NCBI GenBank assembly: GCA_964629815.1
Contig: CAZVTA010000002.1
Coordinates: forward strand, 66,096 to 130,095
Direction: 5' to 3'
Origin: an uncultured Candidatus Saccharibacteria bacterium
Lineage (GTDB): Bacteria > Patescibacteriota > Saccharimonadia > Saccharimonadales > AWTP1-31
Length of the DNA: 64,000 nucleotides
The position numbers were made by a program, and so were the translations under genes. Under the pieces are notes generated by a model. It had not been told where the DNA came from, made no database searches, and saw only the letters and a program-made list of their open reading frames with translations. Each line of letters opens with the position of its first letter. Position 1 is the first letter of the stretch. Shown here one piece after another: positions 53,268 through 62,418 of the stretch.

Positions 53268-54344
53268 ATGCTGCAAAAAATCGGGCGAACAATTGGATAT
53301 AGTGCGCTCAATATTCTCACAATTATCACCCTCATAAGTGGCGTTGTGTTCACGAGTATTACCGCAAATAATGTTAAGTCCTGGCTTGCGTCAAGCAACC
53401 TATATAATGACGCCGTGTATTCCACTATCTCGTCAGAATACATAGAGTCGCTTGATACGGGTATTGAAAAATCCATACTTACCACAGCTTTTACTCAAGC
53501 GTTTCCACCGTCTTTTGTTCAAAAAAGTTCGGAAACAATTGTAGATAGCACATTTTCGTGGTTACAAGGCAAGACTCAAACGGTCGAGTTCACTATTGAC
53601 GTGACCGAACCAAAGACCCAGTTCGCACAAGCGTTAAGTTCGTATGCTATCGAACGATATAACAAGCTACCGGCTTGCCCCAACCGCAGCCTACCAAAGT
53701 CAACCGATCCGCTCAAAATAGACTGCCGACTACCTACTGGACTTCTCAGTATTCAATCCGAAGCCAAGAAATACGAAGAAACAATAAAAAACAGTCCGAA
53801 TTTCTTTCCAGGTAATGCGATTACCTCAAAGAATATAGATGCATTAAATCCAGACAAAAATCCATACAATTACAGCCAGCTACCCCAAGCTTATCAAAGA
53901 ATTTCACTCGTACCTTTTGTGCTCGCTGCACTCGTCTTAATTATTTATGGTTGGTGGGGTTTATTGAGCAAAGACAGGCGAAAGCTCTTTACCAGAGCAA
54001 GCATAAATATATTGTTCACGAGCATGTGCGCTGCGGTTATCTTCGCATTGAGCGTAACCAGTCTACGCGCTTTACAGGAAGAAGCACTCAAGAATACCGA
54101 GCTTGCCCCACAGCTCAAAACCGACTTTCTCAAGCTATTCGATGCGGTTATGGCAACATGGACAAAAAATATATACATAGTCGCGGGCATGCTGGCTGGC
54201 GCTGCACTTATGGTGCTCGCTTATCTATATTTTACCCGGACAAAAAACCCAGAGCCCCAAAAGACTGGTACCGAAAATGCATTACAGGACGCAAAAGCTA
54301 AGTTTCAAGTCGCCGTCAAAAATAACAAAGAGACGAAACAATGA
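53268..54344 (+). CDS. hypothetical membrane protein
   Basis: 358 aa, with one N-terminal and three C-terminal hydrophobic helices around a soluble domain. No motif recognised. Confidence 0.6.
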   Translation: MLQKIGRTIGYSALNILTIITLISGVVFTSITANNVKSWLASSNLYNDAVYSTISSEYIESLDTGIEKSILTTAFTQAFPPSFVQKSSETIVDSTFSWLQGKTQTVEFTIDVTEPKTQFAQALSSYAIERYNKLPACPNRSLPKSTDPLKIDCRLPTGLLSIQSEAKKYEETIKNSPNFFPGNAITSKNIDALNPDKNPYNYSQLPQAYQRISLVPFVLAALVLIIYGWWGLLSKDRRKLFTRASINILFTSMCAAVIFALSVTSLRALQEEALKNTELAPQLKTDFLKLFDAVMATWTKNIYIVAGMLAGAALMVLAYLYFTRTKNPEPQKTGTENALQDAKAKFQVAVKNNKETKQ

Positions 54345-54583
54345 GCGACGAAAAAAAGGCCAGTCTTGGCTCAGAAACTACATACCAGCCTTTTCCAGAT
54401 AAAATGCCTCGAGATGAGGCTCCCAAAAAACGATTAGGTGTCGGCTATACAGCTTTGGACATATTAGGTGCCGATGATGCCTTTGATTTCGTGCAACAAC
54501 GGCATGATGCCGCCGAACAACGAAGACAAGAAGTGATTAGAACTGTCGGACATAGAACAATTTGGTCAATTATTCCTCATTAA
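54341..54583 (+). CDS. hypothetical small protein
   Basis: 80-aa ORF whose ATG overlaps the upstream stop (ATGA). Confidence 0.4.
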   Translation: MSDEKKASLGSETTYQPFPDKMPRDEAPKKRLGVGYTALDILGADDAFDFVQQRHDAAEQRRQEVIRTVGHRTIWSIIPH

Positions 54584-54635
54584 ACAGCAGTTCTAGTAAC
54601 TATCGAAGAGCAACAGTGTATGGTACACTACGCCA

Positions 54636-54830
54636 ATGGTTGAAGCATATCACGAGAGGTTTCGCTCCTTTAAGCCACGGCCAGTTACACGATTTGATGA
54701 AATTGTTGGAAAAGAGGAAGCGGCAAGAGTTGGTCGGGAGCTGCTTCTGTGGATGGATCACGACTACGAGGATAGTAGCAATCCTATTCCTCCCAATACA
54801 GAAATCGAAGAACCAAACACCAATCTATAA
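54636..54830 (+). CDS. hypothetical small acidic protein (weak call)
   Basis: 64-aa ORF. It looks more protein-like than the overlapping 54562..54834 frame. Confidence 0.25.
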   Translation: MVEAYHERFRSFKPRPVTRFDEIVGKEEAARVGRELLLWMDHDYEDSSNPIPPNTEIEEPNTNL

Positions 54831-54894
54831 CTAGAAGATCGTATCATCTACCCTAAGCGGCGACAAGACGTCAGCTTCACGTTATACAAACATT

Positions 54895-54984
54895 TGGCGG
54901 AAGAGGTGGGATTCGAACCCACGGTACCCGTGAGGGTACAACGCTTTTCGAGAGCGTCCAGTTCAACCACTCCTGCACTCTTCC
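54895..54984 (-). tRNA. tRNA-Ser(CGA), type II with long variable arm, CCA encoded
   Basis: Hand-folded. Acceptor GGAAGAG/CTCTTCC, anticodon stem ACGCT/AGCGT, loop CTCGAAA, variable arm GTACCC-TCAC-GGGTAC, T arm GTGGG-TTCGAAT-CCCAC, then G-CCA. Confidence 0.9.
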
Positions 54985-55251
54985 GTATACGCTGTTAGTA
55001 TACCCGTTACGCTGCAATCAATCTACTGATTTGGTACAGCCACTTGCTCAGCTATTTCGTCAACATGCGTATAAAACTGCCCCATAGAGTCTAGCTGGGC
55101 AATAACCACGTTTAACAATAGACATAGCGGCAACACCAACATAACGAGCAACACTACCATGTACTTCATCTTCGGTATTGTACGCAATTGATGGGTGTTT
55201 GCAAGCATAGACACTATGGCACTGTGCGTCAGATGTTGCTATAGTGCTTGC

Positions 55252-55653
55252 ATGGACCCAGAACAACAAACACCTCAGCAAAACATAGCCCCATCGGCAA
55301 CAAATTCCACTCAAACACAGACAGCGCCTACAGCCAACCAAACATCCAGCACCGCAGATACTAAATCGTTCGATCTATATGAATGGGCGTACCGCATTGG
55401 TTTTGCAACCATATTTCTTGTTAACGCAATATACGCCGCAATCCACCCCGAAGATTTTGTAAAGCTTCTAGAAAATAACATTGTTGCGTCCAAAATCGGG
55501 TTTGCCAATCAAATGGTCATGTTTACCGCTGTTAATGATCTAGTGCTTGGAATATTAATTCTGACAGGCTGGAAAAAACGACTCGTAAATGCGTGGGCAG
55601 GCATATGGCTTATACTGGTAGCCGGCCTCAAGCTCATGAATCTTGTATTTTAA
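55252..55653 (+). CDS. hypothetical membrane protein (Q/T-rich head, ~3 TM)
   Basis: I chose the ATG at 55252 (MDPEQQ) rather than the track's upstream start. Hydrophobic helices follow. Confidence 0.55.
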   Translation: MDPEQQTPQQNIAPSATNSTQTQTAPTANQTSSTADTKSFDLYEWAYRIGFATIFLVNAIYAAIHPEDFVKLLENNIVASKIGFANQMVMFTAVNDLVLGILILTGWKKRLVNAWAGIWLILVAGLKLMNLVF

Positions 55654-56243
55654 TCTTGGCTAACACATTTAATGAACTTTGCTATACGTCGCTTTCCCAA
55701 AGTTATAGCATAGGCAATTGCAATAACATGGCCAGGGATGGGCAGTGTAGTCTGCGCTGCAGAATCGATAATCGTATCTTCGCGGGGCACACGGGCATCG
55801 TGCAAAGAGTTGACCGATAGTATCGGCATATCAACACGACCAAGCATTTCTAGACTCTTCGGCAAAAGACGTAACGATGCAGCAAATGCAGGATTGTGTA
55901 CAAATACGGGGTCCGAGAAATTAGCGTGCCTAATTTTACCGCAAACTGAGACAACACAGCGCACTTTATCTATTCGCGCGGCAGCAGCATTCAATACTAT
56001 GCCCGCACCAGCACTCGCACCAATAAGCGCCACTTTTCCGGAGCTCACACTGAGCTCATCAATTCGCGTTAGGAGTTTTTCGAGTTTGTTTTCAAACGGC
56101 TCATCATCCGCCCAGCCCACGGCATGATATTCAAGATCGATTCCGTGTTTGCTCCAAGTCTTAACAGCCTCGTCCTGACCCAGCGTTCGATCATCGCCCA
56201 GTCCTGGCACATATATTCCCGGGATATTACTTCTTTCGCTCAT
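55650..56243 (-). CDS. alpha/beta-hydrolase fold protein
   Basis: Nucleophile elbow LIGASAGAG (GxSxG). Candidate Asp (LHDARV) and His (PGHV). Confidence 0.65.
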   Translation of the reverse strand: MSERSNIPGIYVPGLGDDRTLGQDEAVKTWSKHGIDLEYHAVGWADDEPFENKLEKLLTRIDELSVSSGKVALIGASAGAGIVLNAAAARIDKVRCVVSVCGKIRHANFSDPVFVHNPAFAASLRLLPKSLEMLGRVDMPILSVNSLHDARVPREDTIIDSAAQTTLPIPGHVIAIAYAITLGKRRIAKFIKCVSQD

Positions 56244-56365
56244 AACAACACTATACCAGCAACCATACGGCTTGTGACATCATCTAAATAACGTAGAAAT
56301 ATTACCAGAAAAGAGTCGGCTCATATTTTGGTGCAGTATATTAACAAAGTCAGAAGCTCTATGAA

Positions 56366-57118
56366 CTAGAACACTTCTGGGTTCGCTTTTATTAATTGCT
56401 CAACAAACCCTTTTAGCTCTGTTTTATTATTTGTAAAGGCTTCTTCGCATAACTTTTTATCTTTTTCGTCCATATAACACGCAGTATCGTCGTAGTGTTT
56501 TTTTGATATCAATAATGCAAAATCTTTCTCTTTATTTGCGATCAGAAGACCAGCTTTATAACGTGCTTCATAAACATATGAGAAATCTACTAACGTCTTA
56601 CCCGCAATCACTATTTTTTCTGACCGACAGCTCGTATCGTCGCTCGCGTATTCTTCGCCATTTTCAGTTTTTACAGTCGTTTTGGAGAGCGTATTATCCT
56701 TCACATCATATTTGCAAGGGTTGAAGAATCCACCGCGGTACTGGATAACGGGGTTTGTTAATTCAAAGATGTGAAGATCGTATGTTTTTAGGCTAGCCAT
56801 ATAGCCGCCATTTGTATTATTCACGTCCGTTTGTCTTTTTAGGCTAATCTCACCTTCGCTATCAGGAAAGTAGATGTTTCCAATTTTTGTTTCTTTTTTA
56901 GACCAGCCTGCCGGAATAACTGCCTTGTTTTTAGATTGAGCGTTTTCCTTTTGATTATTTGGCGAAACATTCGAAGTTTGGGCAACATCACCGTTCGCTT
57001 TACCTTTACTCTCCCATACCTTCCAACCAGCGAGCCCAACAACACTAATTGCTAGCACCACTAAAGCCACAATAAATACATGTGCTAGCCCCGACTGATT
57101 ACTCTTGATTTTCATCAA
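56366..57118 (-). CDS. hypothetical N-terminally anchored/secreted protein with four Cys
   Basis: TM/signal VFIVALVVLAISVVGLAG. GGGGG-type SD before the ATG at 57115. No motif recognised. Confidence 0.6.
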   Translation of the reverse strand: MMKIKSNQSGLAHVFIVALVVLAISVVGLAGWKVWESKGKANGDVAQTSNVSPNNQKENAQSKNKAVIPAGWSKKETKIGNIYFPDSEGEISLKRQTDVNNTNGGYMASLKTYDLHIFELTNPVIQYRGGFFNPCKYDVKDNTLSKTTVKTENGEEYASDDTSCRSEKIVIAGKTLVDFSYVYEARYKAGLLIANKEKDFALLISKKHYDDTACYMDEKDKKLCEEAFTNNKTELKGFVEQLIKANPEVF

Positions 57119-57326
57119 CGCCCCCTTAATTACTTACTCAAAAGTATGCATTAATGTACTCAAAATAAAAAGACTCCTGGAGTGGTCTTTTTACAGAAAT
57201 AATCATTTATTGCATCCGGCAGCATGCGCTTCACTTACACGGATTTCGCTTTTCAGTGTAAACTCCTGCACGCTCAACCCTGTACGAACCTTTACGGTTC
57301 GGGTTCGCAGAAGCGAATCTACCAAA

Positions 57327-57350
57327 TTAAAAACCCTCCTTTTGGAGGGA
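57327..57350 (-). terminator. intrinsic terminator after tRNA-Arg
   Basis: On the minus strand, CCCTCC-AAAA-GGAGGG is followed by TTTTT. It begins ~9 nt past the tRNA 3' end. Confidence 0.6.
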
Positions 57351-57358
57351 TCTTAATT

Positions 57359-57435
57359 TGGTACACCCGGCAGGATTCGAACCTACGACCTTTGGCTCCG
57401 CAAGCCAACGCTCTATCCAGCTGAGCTACGGGTGC
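57359..57435 (-). tRNA. tRNA-Arg(GCG), CCA encoded
   Basis: Hand-folded as GCACCCG-TA-GCTC-AGCTGGATA-GAGC-G-TTGGC-TTGCGGA-GCCAA-AGGTC-GTAGG-TTCGAAT-CCTGC-CGGGTGT-A-CCA. The body resembles bacterial tRNA-Arg. Confidence 0.9.
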
Positions 57436-57509
57436 ATACTGTACGACTTAGCGCAAAAGAACAGGGGTTATTGTATCATTTTTTATCTGTTATGCCTAGT
57501 GGTCAATGG

Positions 57510-58235
57510 TTATTCTGCTAGATACTGACGCGCAGCAGTACCGACAACACCAACCAACTGCTCGAGATCGTATGGTCGATGACCAGCTGAATCAAACATC
57601 TCGTACGCATCTAGAGCCAATACAAGATCATCTTGCGCAACTTCGGCATCAAATATAATTTCTTCACCTTGCGGACTCCCAACGAACACTTCTAAGTCAG
57701 CGTATTGAACACCTCTTTGAGCATTGTTTCGTAGCAACTGACCTAGTTCACTCACCGCGCATTCCGTACCAAGTAAATGAAGTCGTTTAATAAAAGAGGG
57801 ATCAACACCCAAAATAGCTCGACCAATGCCACCCTCGCTAACAAGTTCCGGCCTTATCAACGCCAGATTATAATTATTCAGATAAGACCATCCGTTGATT
57901 GAGTCCAACAATAAACCCAGTCCATTAACACCCGATATTTGCTCAAACACCTCTGATCTTTTACTATCATCGGTTGCAAGACCTATGCTGTCACATACCG
58001 TTCCGCCGATCACTCTGGCGAATCCGTTTTCATGAATTGATTCACGCTTATAGTAAGGTGACCTGTCGCGCATTACATCGACTATACCGGCACGCATTAA
58101 CCAACCAGGCAATAACACCTCGCTATCGGCTTCACGCAGAATATCTAGCAGGGATTCAGCATGTCGTTGCTGTTCAGCATCTAGGCCAACAAGCTCATTG
58201 GCTGCCGGCAATTCAAAGGAAGGCACAAAACTCAT
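57510..58235 (-). CDS. hypothetical protein
   Basis: 241-aa acidic ORF between tRNA-Arg and the transposase. No motif recognised. Confidence 0.55.
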   Translation of the reverse strand: MSFVPSFELPAANELVGLDAEQQRHAESLLDILREADSEVLLPGWLMRAGIVDVMRDRSPYYKRESIHENGFARVIGGTVCDSIGLATDDSKRSEVFEQISGVNGLGLLLDSINGWSYLNNYNLALIRPELVSEGGIGRAILGVDPSFIKRLHLLGTECAVSELGQLLRNNAQRGVQYADLEVFVGSPQGEEIIFDAEVAQDDLVLALDAYEMFDSAGHRPYDLEQLVGVVGTAARQYLAE

Positions 58236-58332
58236 AACGGTAGTTATTTTACAATATTTTTAAATTCAAGTCAATATCTGGTACTGCTGACTATCCCTTT
58301 ACAGCATGTAGTCTTTGTAATACACTGGTAGC

Positions 58333-59190
58333 ATGAAGTTTACTGTAAGGCACTTCAACGAACGCTTTCCAGATGATGATACCTGTCTGGGCTATATGTT
58401 CGAACGTGCTTACGGCGATCTCCCAGCCTGTACCAAGTGTGGTGTGGCCAATCCCAGCTACTACCGCGTCCGAGGTCGTAAATGCTATGAATGTAAAGAC
58501 TGCGGCTACCAAGTGCATCCTCTTGGTAATACTATTTTTCACAAGTCTTCTACATCGCTTCGTGACTGGTTCTATGTCATCTATTTGTTTTCTGTTTCAA
58601 AGAATGGCGTATCAGCCAAAGAAGTAGAACGACACTTAGGCTGTACCTACAAAACTGCCTGGCGCATTACCAAACAAGTTCGCACCCTTATGCTGCAAGA
58701 TGATAGCCCACTGTCTGGTGTAGTCGAGACTGACGAAACCTACATAGGTGGCCGTGAACGAGGCAAAAACATCTCTACTCAGAACAAAGCAGTCGTTTTT
58801 GGTATGGTTGAACGCGACGGCAATGTAAAGGCCGAACATGCTCCCACGGCAGGGGCTCGAGTACTACTACCTAAACTTCAAGCTAATATTGCACCTGGTA
58901 CAGTTGTCTACAGTGACCAAGCACGAGTCTACCGAAGCCTACACCGTATCGGCTATTACCACGATAGCGTCAATCATAGTGTTGGCGAATATGGCCGTGG
59001 CATTGTCCATACCAATACAATTGAGGGCTTTTGGTCTCAACTTAAACGCTCAGTGGACGGAACCTATCACTGTGTTAGCGCGAAGTATCTTCAGTTGTAT
59101 CTGAATGAGTTTGTGTATCGCTATAACCATCGGAAGAGTCCGGCGATTTTTCCTGGCTTGATTGCTTCGGCCGCGCGGAGCGTTCAATAA
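58333..59190 (+). CDS. IS1595-family (ISXO2-like) DDE transposase
   Basis: N-terminal zinc ribbon (CTKCG...CYECKDCG) and an HTH region. DDE context is VETDETYIGG, VYSDQARVY and HTNTIEGFWSQLKR. Confidence 0.88.
   Translation: MKFTVRHFNERFPDDDTCLGYMFERAYGDLPACTKCGVANPSYYRVRGRKCYECKDCGYQVHPLGNTIFHKSSTSLRDWFYVIYLFSVSKNGVSAKEVERHLGCTYKTAWRITKQVRTLMLQDDSPLSGVVETDETYIGGRERGKNISTQNKAVVFGMVERDGNVKAEHAPTAGARVLLPKLQANIAPGTVVYSDQARVYRSLHRIGYYHDSVNHSVGEYGRGIVHTNTIEGFWSQLKRSVDGTYHCVSAKYLQLYLNEFVYRYNHRKSPAIFPGLIASAARSVQ
58333..59190 (+). mobile_element. IS1595-like insertion sequence (only the transposase ORF is delimited; ends undefined)
   Basis: Intact transposase ORF. I could not find terminal inverted repeats or target duplications by eye, so the element boundaries are unknown. 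Confidence 0.5.
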
Positions 59191-59290
59191 CTTTATTGAA
59201 AACCTGTTCAGCATTATCGTTCTTCTGGTCGTCAGGTAGCTTATCTATAAAGGCTTGGCGTTCTTCGTCTGTTAGGGGGTCTTTTGACAT
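59075..59290 (-). CDS. hypothetical small acidic ORF overlapping the transposase 3' end antisense (weak)
   Basis: MSKDPLTDEERQAFIDKLPDDQKNDNAEQVF... Its last ~38 codons run antisense through the transposase C-terminus. Confidence 0.2.
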   Translation of the reverse strand: MSKDPLTDEERQAFIDKLPDDQKNDNAEQVFNKVIERSARPKQSSQEKSPDSSDGYSDTQTHSDTTEDTSR

Positions 59291-59439
59291 GCACTTAGTA
59301 TACCGTACCCGCATAAAACAAGCCCAAGCTGTACTCTTTAAATCCCCACTAAGGCACAGGGTACTTTGTGATTGCCCTCAAACTGTTACCAATTTACTTT
59401 TACTTTCTCTACTTTTATATATACATATAGGAGAAAAAC

Positions 59440-60225
59440 ATGAAAAGGGCGGAGACGAGAGCAAGATACAAAATTAGTCCTTCACAAACAGCAATACTAC
59501 AAGCATTATTAAAATACCGATTCCTAACAACAGACCTACTAGCTGAACTATTAAAGAAAGATCGATCAACAATATACGAGAGATTAGCAGTACTAGTAGA
59601 TCAAGGATATGTGGCCAAGAAATATAAGAGTACTTATAGGATAGATAGACGGCCAGCTACCTATTATCTAGCCCCTGCTGGTATACGCTACCTAAAATCA
59701 CGAGATATCCCTCGAACCCAGATTCACTACAAAAACAAAGACTTTACAGAACGCCAGATAGACGAATATTACCGCTATCCCAGATTTAGCCTGTGCATAC
59801 ACCGTAACTATCCCCAGACCTTCCGAACCTACACCAAATACCAGCTTGACCCAGAAACGTACCTTAGCCCTATGCCATGGCTATTATTCACTCCGGACAA
59901 CGAAGATGCACCAGAACTATTCATGGAATACATCCCAGCCGGAGAACAAAGCTGGATTATCCGTAAACGCATCAACCAACATATCGAGTATTCCGAAGAA
60001 ACTGACTACCGCTATCCATATCTGCTTCTGGTGGCTGGCAATGACAATACCGAGAAACGCATCATTAAGATGTCAACCGACCTAATGTGGGACTCAGAAC
60101 TATATACTACTACTGAAGAGCGTCTGCTGAGCGGCAAGAAAAACATATGGTTGCGGCCAGTTGAAGTGGATTGGGATGAGGAGCTGATTTATCACGGGTT
60201 ACCGCTTGAGTTTGACAAGAAGTAA
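59440..60225 (+). CDS. replication-relaxation-like winged-helix protein (tentative)
   Basis: N-terminal SPSQTAILQALLKYRFLTTDLLAELL...STIYERLAVLVDQGYVAKK matches the plasmid/ICE Replic_Relax pattern. The region is visibly AT-richer. Confidence 0.5.
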   Translation: MKRAETRARYKISPSQTAILQALLKYRFLTTDLLAELLKKDRSTIYERLAVLVDQGYVAKKYKSTYRIDRRPATYYLAPAGIRYLKSRDIPRTQIHYKNKDFTERQIDEYYRYPRFSLCIHRNYPQTFRTYTKYQLDPETYLSPMPWLLFTPDNEDAPELFMEYIPAGEQSWIIRKRINQHIEYSEETDYRYPYLLLVAGNDNTEKRIIKMSTDLMWDSELYTTTEERLLSGKKNIWLRPVEVDWDEELIYHGLPLEFDKK

Positions 60226-60386
60226 GTCTGCTTACATTTGTTGCGTTATGCAATGTTTTCTATTGAGAGCTTGTCCTGGTTCTAAAGATAAGTTCGTCAT
60301 GCTACGGCAAAATAACATGTTGAATCTCAGAAAATATGATAAAATAACCTCAAGCACGTTCATAAGTAAACAGTGGGGAACAAAAA

Positions 60387-62417
60387 GTGAAAAAAATAAA
60401 GTATGCATTTCTTACTACCGCCCTAGCAATGGGGTTTTTAGTTGTTGGTGTTTTGGCCCGAGCGCCACACACCGTCCATGCTGCAGACAATGATTTTAGT
60501 AATGGCATCACGGTAGATAGCACTGGTGATGGAGCGGATAATAATATCGGTGATGGCATTTGCGATGACGGCTCAGGTAATTGTACATTGCGGGCGGCTA
60601 TTGAAGAGTCCAACGAAAATAGCGGAGCAGATGTTATTGAATTTAATATTGCAGGTAGCGGAGTGCAGACTATATCGCCAGCCTCCTCATTGCCTACCAT
60701 TACCGAACAGCTTAGTATTCTAGGGGATACGCAACCGGGCGCAACTTGCGGAGATGCCAACATATCGCGAAGCTTGCTGATAGAGCTTAATGGGAGTCTA
60801 GCTGGTGCTTCAAACGGGCTACATTTTGATGGTTCCTCAAACACAAATGTAATTCGCGGAATGGTAATAAATGGGTTTACGGGTGTTGCCATTGACGATC
60901 AATCAACTGGAAACTCCATATTTTCTTGTAACTATATTGGCACCAATGCACTTGGTACAGACGATCAAGAGAATACGGACGGTATAAGTATTGGGTCTGG
61001 ATCAAATAATTCGAGGGTTGGCGGTACGGCAAATACAGCTCCAGGTGGGCATTGTCGAGGTGATTGTAATCTACTATCCGGTAATGTATCCAGTGATCTT
61101 ATGGTATTTGCTGATGACGTATCAATTTTAGGAAACTACATTTGTACCAATTATGCTGGCACCGGTAAAGTCAATTCCCCTAACAGACAGGGGAACCCTG
61201 CAGTTTATTTTGAGACTGGATCGGATAATAATAGTATCGGAAACGGTGCGCCTGCTGGGAGAAATATAATTTCTGGATGTACGCACACGGTGGGAAGTGA
61301 CGCATCAGAAGGCTTGCAGATTAATGGCAATAATAATTCAGTTAAGGGCAACTATTTTGGTGTGGATACAACTGGGTTGTTGCCACTAGGCTCTGATGGC
61401 TCTGGGATAGTAATAACAACTAACGGTTCATCAGCCATAAATAATATTGTTGGAGGGACAACCCCATCAGAAAGAAATATTATTAGCAGCAATGGCTCTT
61501 TTATTGGCGCCCCAAACCTTACGCTATTATCACTCTCTGCCCACCAAGTCAGTGAGAATATTGTTACCGGCAATTACATTGGTACCGACAAAAATGGTAA
61601 TGTCAACAATGCGTTTCAGAGAAGTCCCGGTGTAGGATCTATTGGCAATGCTTCAAACAATATGATTGGTGGCACGGTAGCGGGTTCGGCCAATTTGATA
61701 GCGGGTAATTCGATCGGAATATTTGTATTTGGGATAAGTGCGTTCGGTTTCTTACCGAATGCCAACACTTACTTTGGTAATATCGTCTATGACAATAGCA
61801 CTTTACCGATTGACATTTCTGACGATACTAATGGCGACTTTGCACCGGAGACTGGTGCGGGGGTCGATGTACTAGATGCGGGAGACTCCGACACTGGTCC
61901 GCAGAATTTTATTAACTGGCCAACAATAACGGCTACCTTGCCAGCAACCAACTCGACTTCGATAACCTACGATTTAGATATAAACGATAGTGAAGCTAGT
62001 GTTACTGGCTATAGAGTTGATTTTTACGCCAACGAAGCAGTCCATGCCAGTGGTCACGGTGAAGGAAGATATCATATCGGTCACGACATTATCAGTGGCG
62101 ATGTAAATGGTCGAACCTACGTAGCAGACACTAGTAGCCTGCCAAGTGGTACTTACCATATTTCATCTACAGTTACAGAAATTGACGGGAGTAGTGATGG
62201 CTTTGGAAATACTAGCGAATTTGGTAGTGTGTTGTCAGCAAGCATTGTGTCGAATGGTTCCGGGAGTGCTCCAAACGCAGGAAATAGCTCAAACCAAGGT
62301 GGCTTGGTAAATACTGGACAAGATAGTACATTGCTTTCTGCGCTTTCGTTGTTGGTGCTAATAACTGGCATATTGATAATGTTTATAAAAAAACGAAGAC
62401 AAACTGCATACAGATAA
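60387..62417 (+). CDS. secreted parallel beta-helix repeat surface protein with C-terminal LVNTG sorting signal
   Basis: Signal peptide ending VHA-AD. Contains the CTLRAAIEESN (CSLREA-like) motif and many G-N/S-rich beta-helix repeats. Ends LVNTG + TM + KKRRQTAYR. Confidence 0.8.
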   Translation: MKKIKYAFLTTALAMGFLVVGVLARAPHTVHAADNDFSNGITVDSTGDGADNNIGDGICDDGSGNCTLRAAIEESNENSGADVIEFNIAGSGVQTISPASSLPTITEQLSILGDTQPGATCGDANISRSLLIELNGSLAGASNGLHFDGSSNTNVIRGMVINGFTGVAIDDQSTGNSIFSCNYIGTNALGTDDQENTDGISIGSGSNNSRVGGTANTAPGGHCRGDCNLLSGNVSSDLMVFADDVSILGNYICTNYAGTGKVNSPNRQGNPAVYFETGSDNNSIGNGAPAGRNIISGCTHTVGSDASEGLQINGNNNSVKGNYFGVDTTGLLPLGSDGSGIVITTNGSSAINNIVGGTTPSERNIISSNGSFIGAPNLTLLSLSAHQVSENIVTGNYIGTDKNGNVNNAFQRSPGVGSIGNASNNMIGGTVAGSANLIAGNSIGIFVFGISAFGFLPNANTYFGNIVYDNSTLPIDISDDTNGDFAPETGAGVDVLDAGDSDTGPQNFINWPTITATLPATNSTSITYDLDINDSEASVTGYRVDFYANEAVHASGHGEGRYHIGHDIISGDVNGRTYVADTSSLPSGTYHISSTVTEIDGSSDGFGNTSEFGSVLSASIVSNGSGSAPNAGNSSNQGGLVNTGQDSTLLSALSLLVLITGILIMFIKKRRQTAYR

Positions 62418-62418
62418 T

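Noticed and set aside
54562-54834. 90-aa ORF overlapping the 64-aa ORF 54636..54830 in another frame.
   Set aside because: Its translation (S/N/C/W-rich, irregular) looks less protein-like than the overlapping acidic 64-aa frame. Both are weak, and only the latter is listed, at low confidence.
55023-55214. 63-aa minus-strand ORF upstream of tRNA-Ser, with a possible 48-aa single-TM peptide from an internal Met.
   Set aside because: The ORF is short with no RBS evident, and it lies in a region likely to hold the promoters for tRNA-Ser and the divergent membrane-protein gene. Evidence is insufficient to list it.
57193-57326. Assignment of the structured intergenic region to SRP (4.5S) RNA, 6S RNA or a named riboswitch class.
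   Set aside because: I could not find the SRP domain IV consensus (GGUCC-GGAA-GGAAGCAGCC-like) or the TPP, purine or other riboswitch cores from memory. It is reported only as an unclassified candidate.
57359-58332. Classical tRNA-3'-end integration (att site) as the boundary of the mobile/surface-protein region.
   Set aside because: The tRNA-Arg is on the minus strand, so its 3' end faces away from the IS/wHTH/surface genes. No repeat of the tRNA 3' segment was seen by eye, and no integrase is present in the window.
60350-60892. 180-aa minus-strand ORF overlapping the start of the beta-helix surface protein gene.
   Set aside because: It is the reverse frame of a repeat-rich gene, with no start context. 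The plus-strand ORF has a signal peptide, recognisable repeats and a sorting signal.
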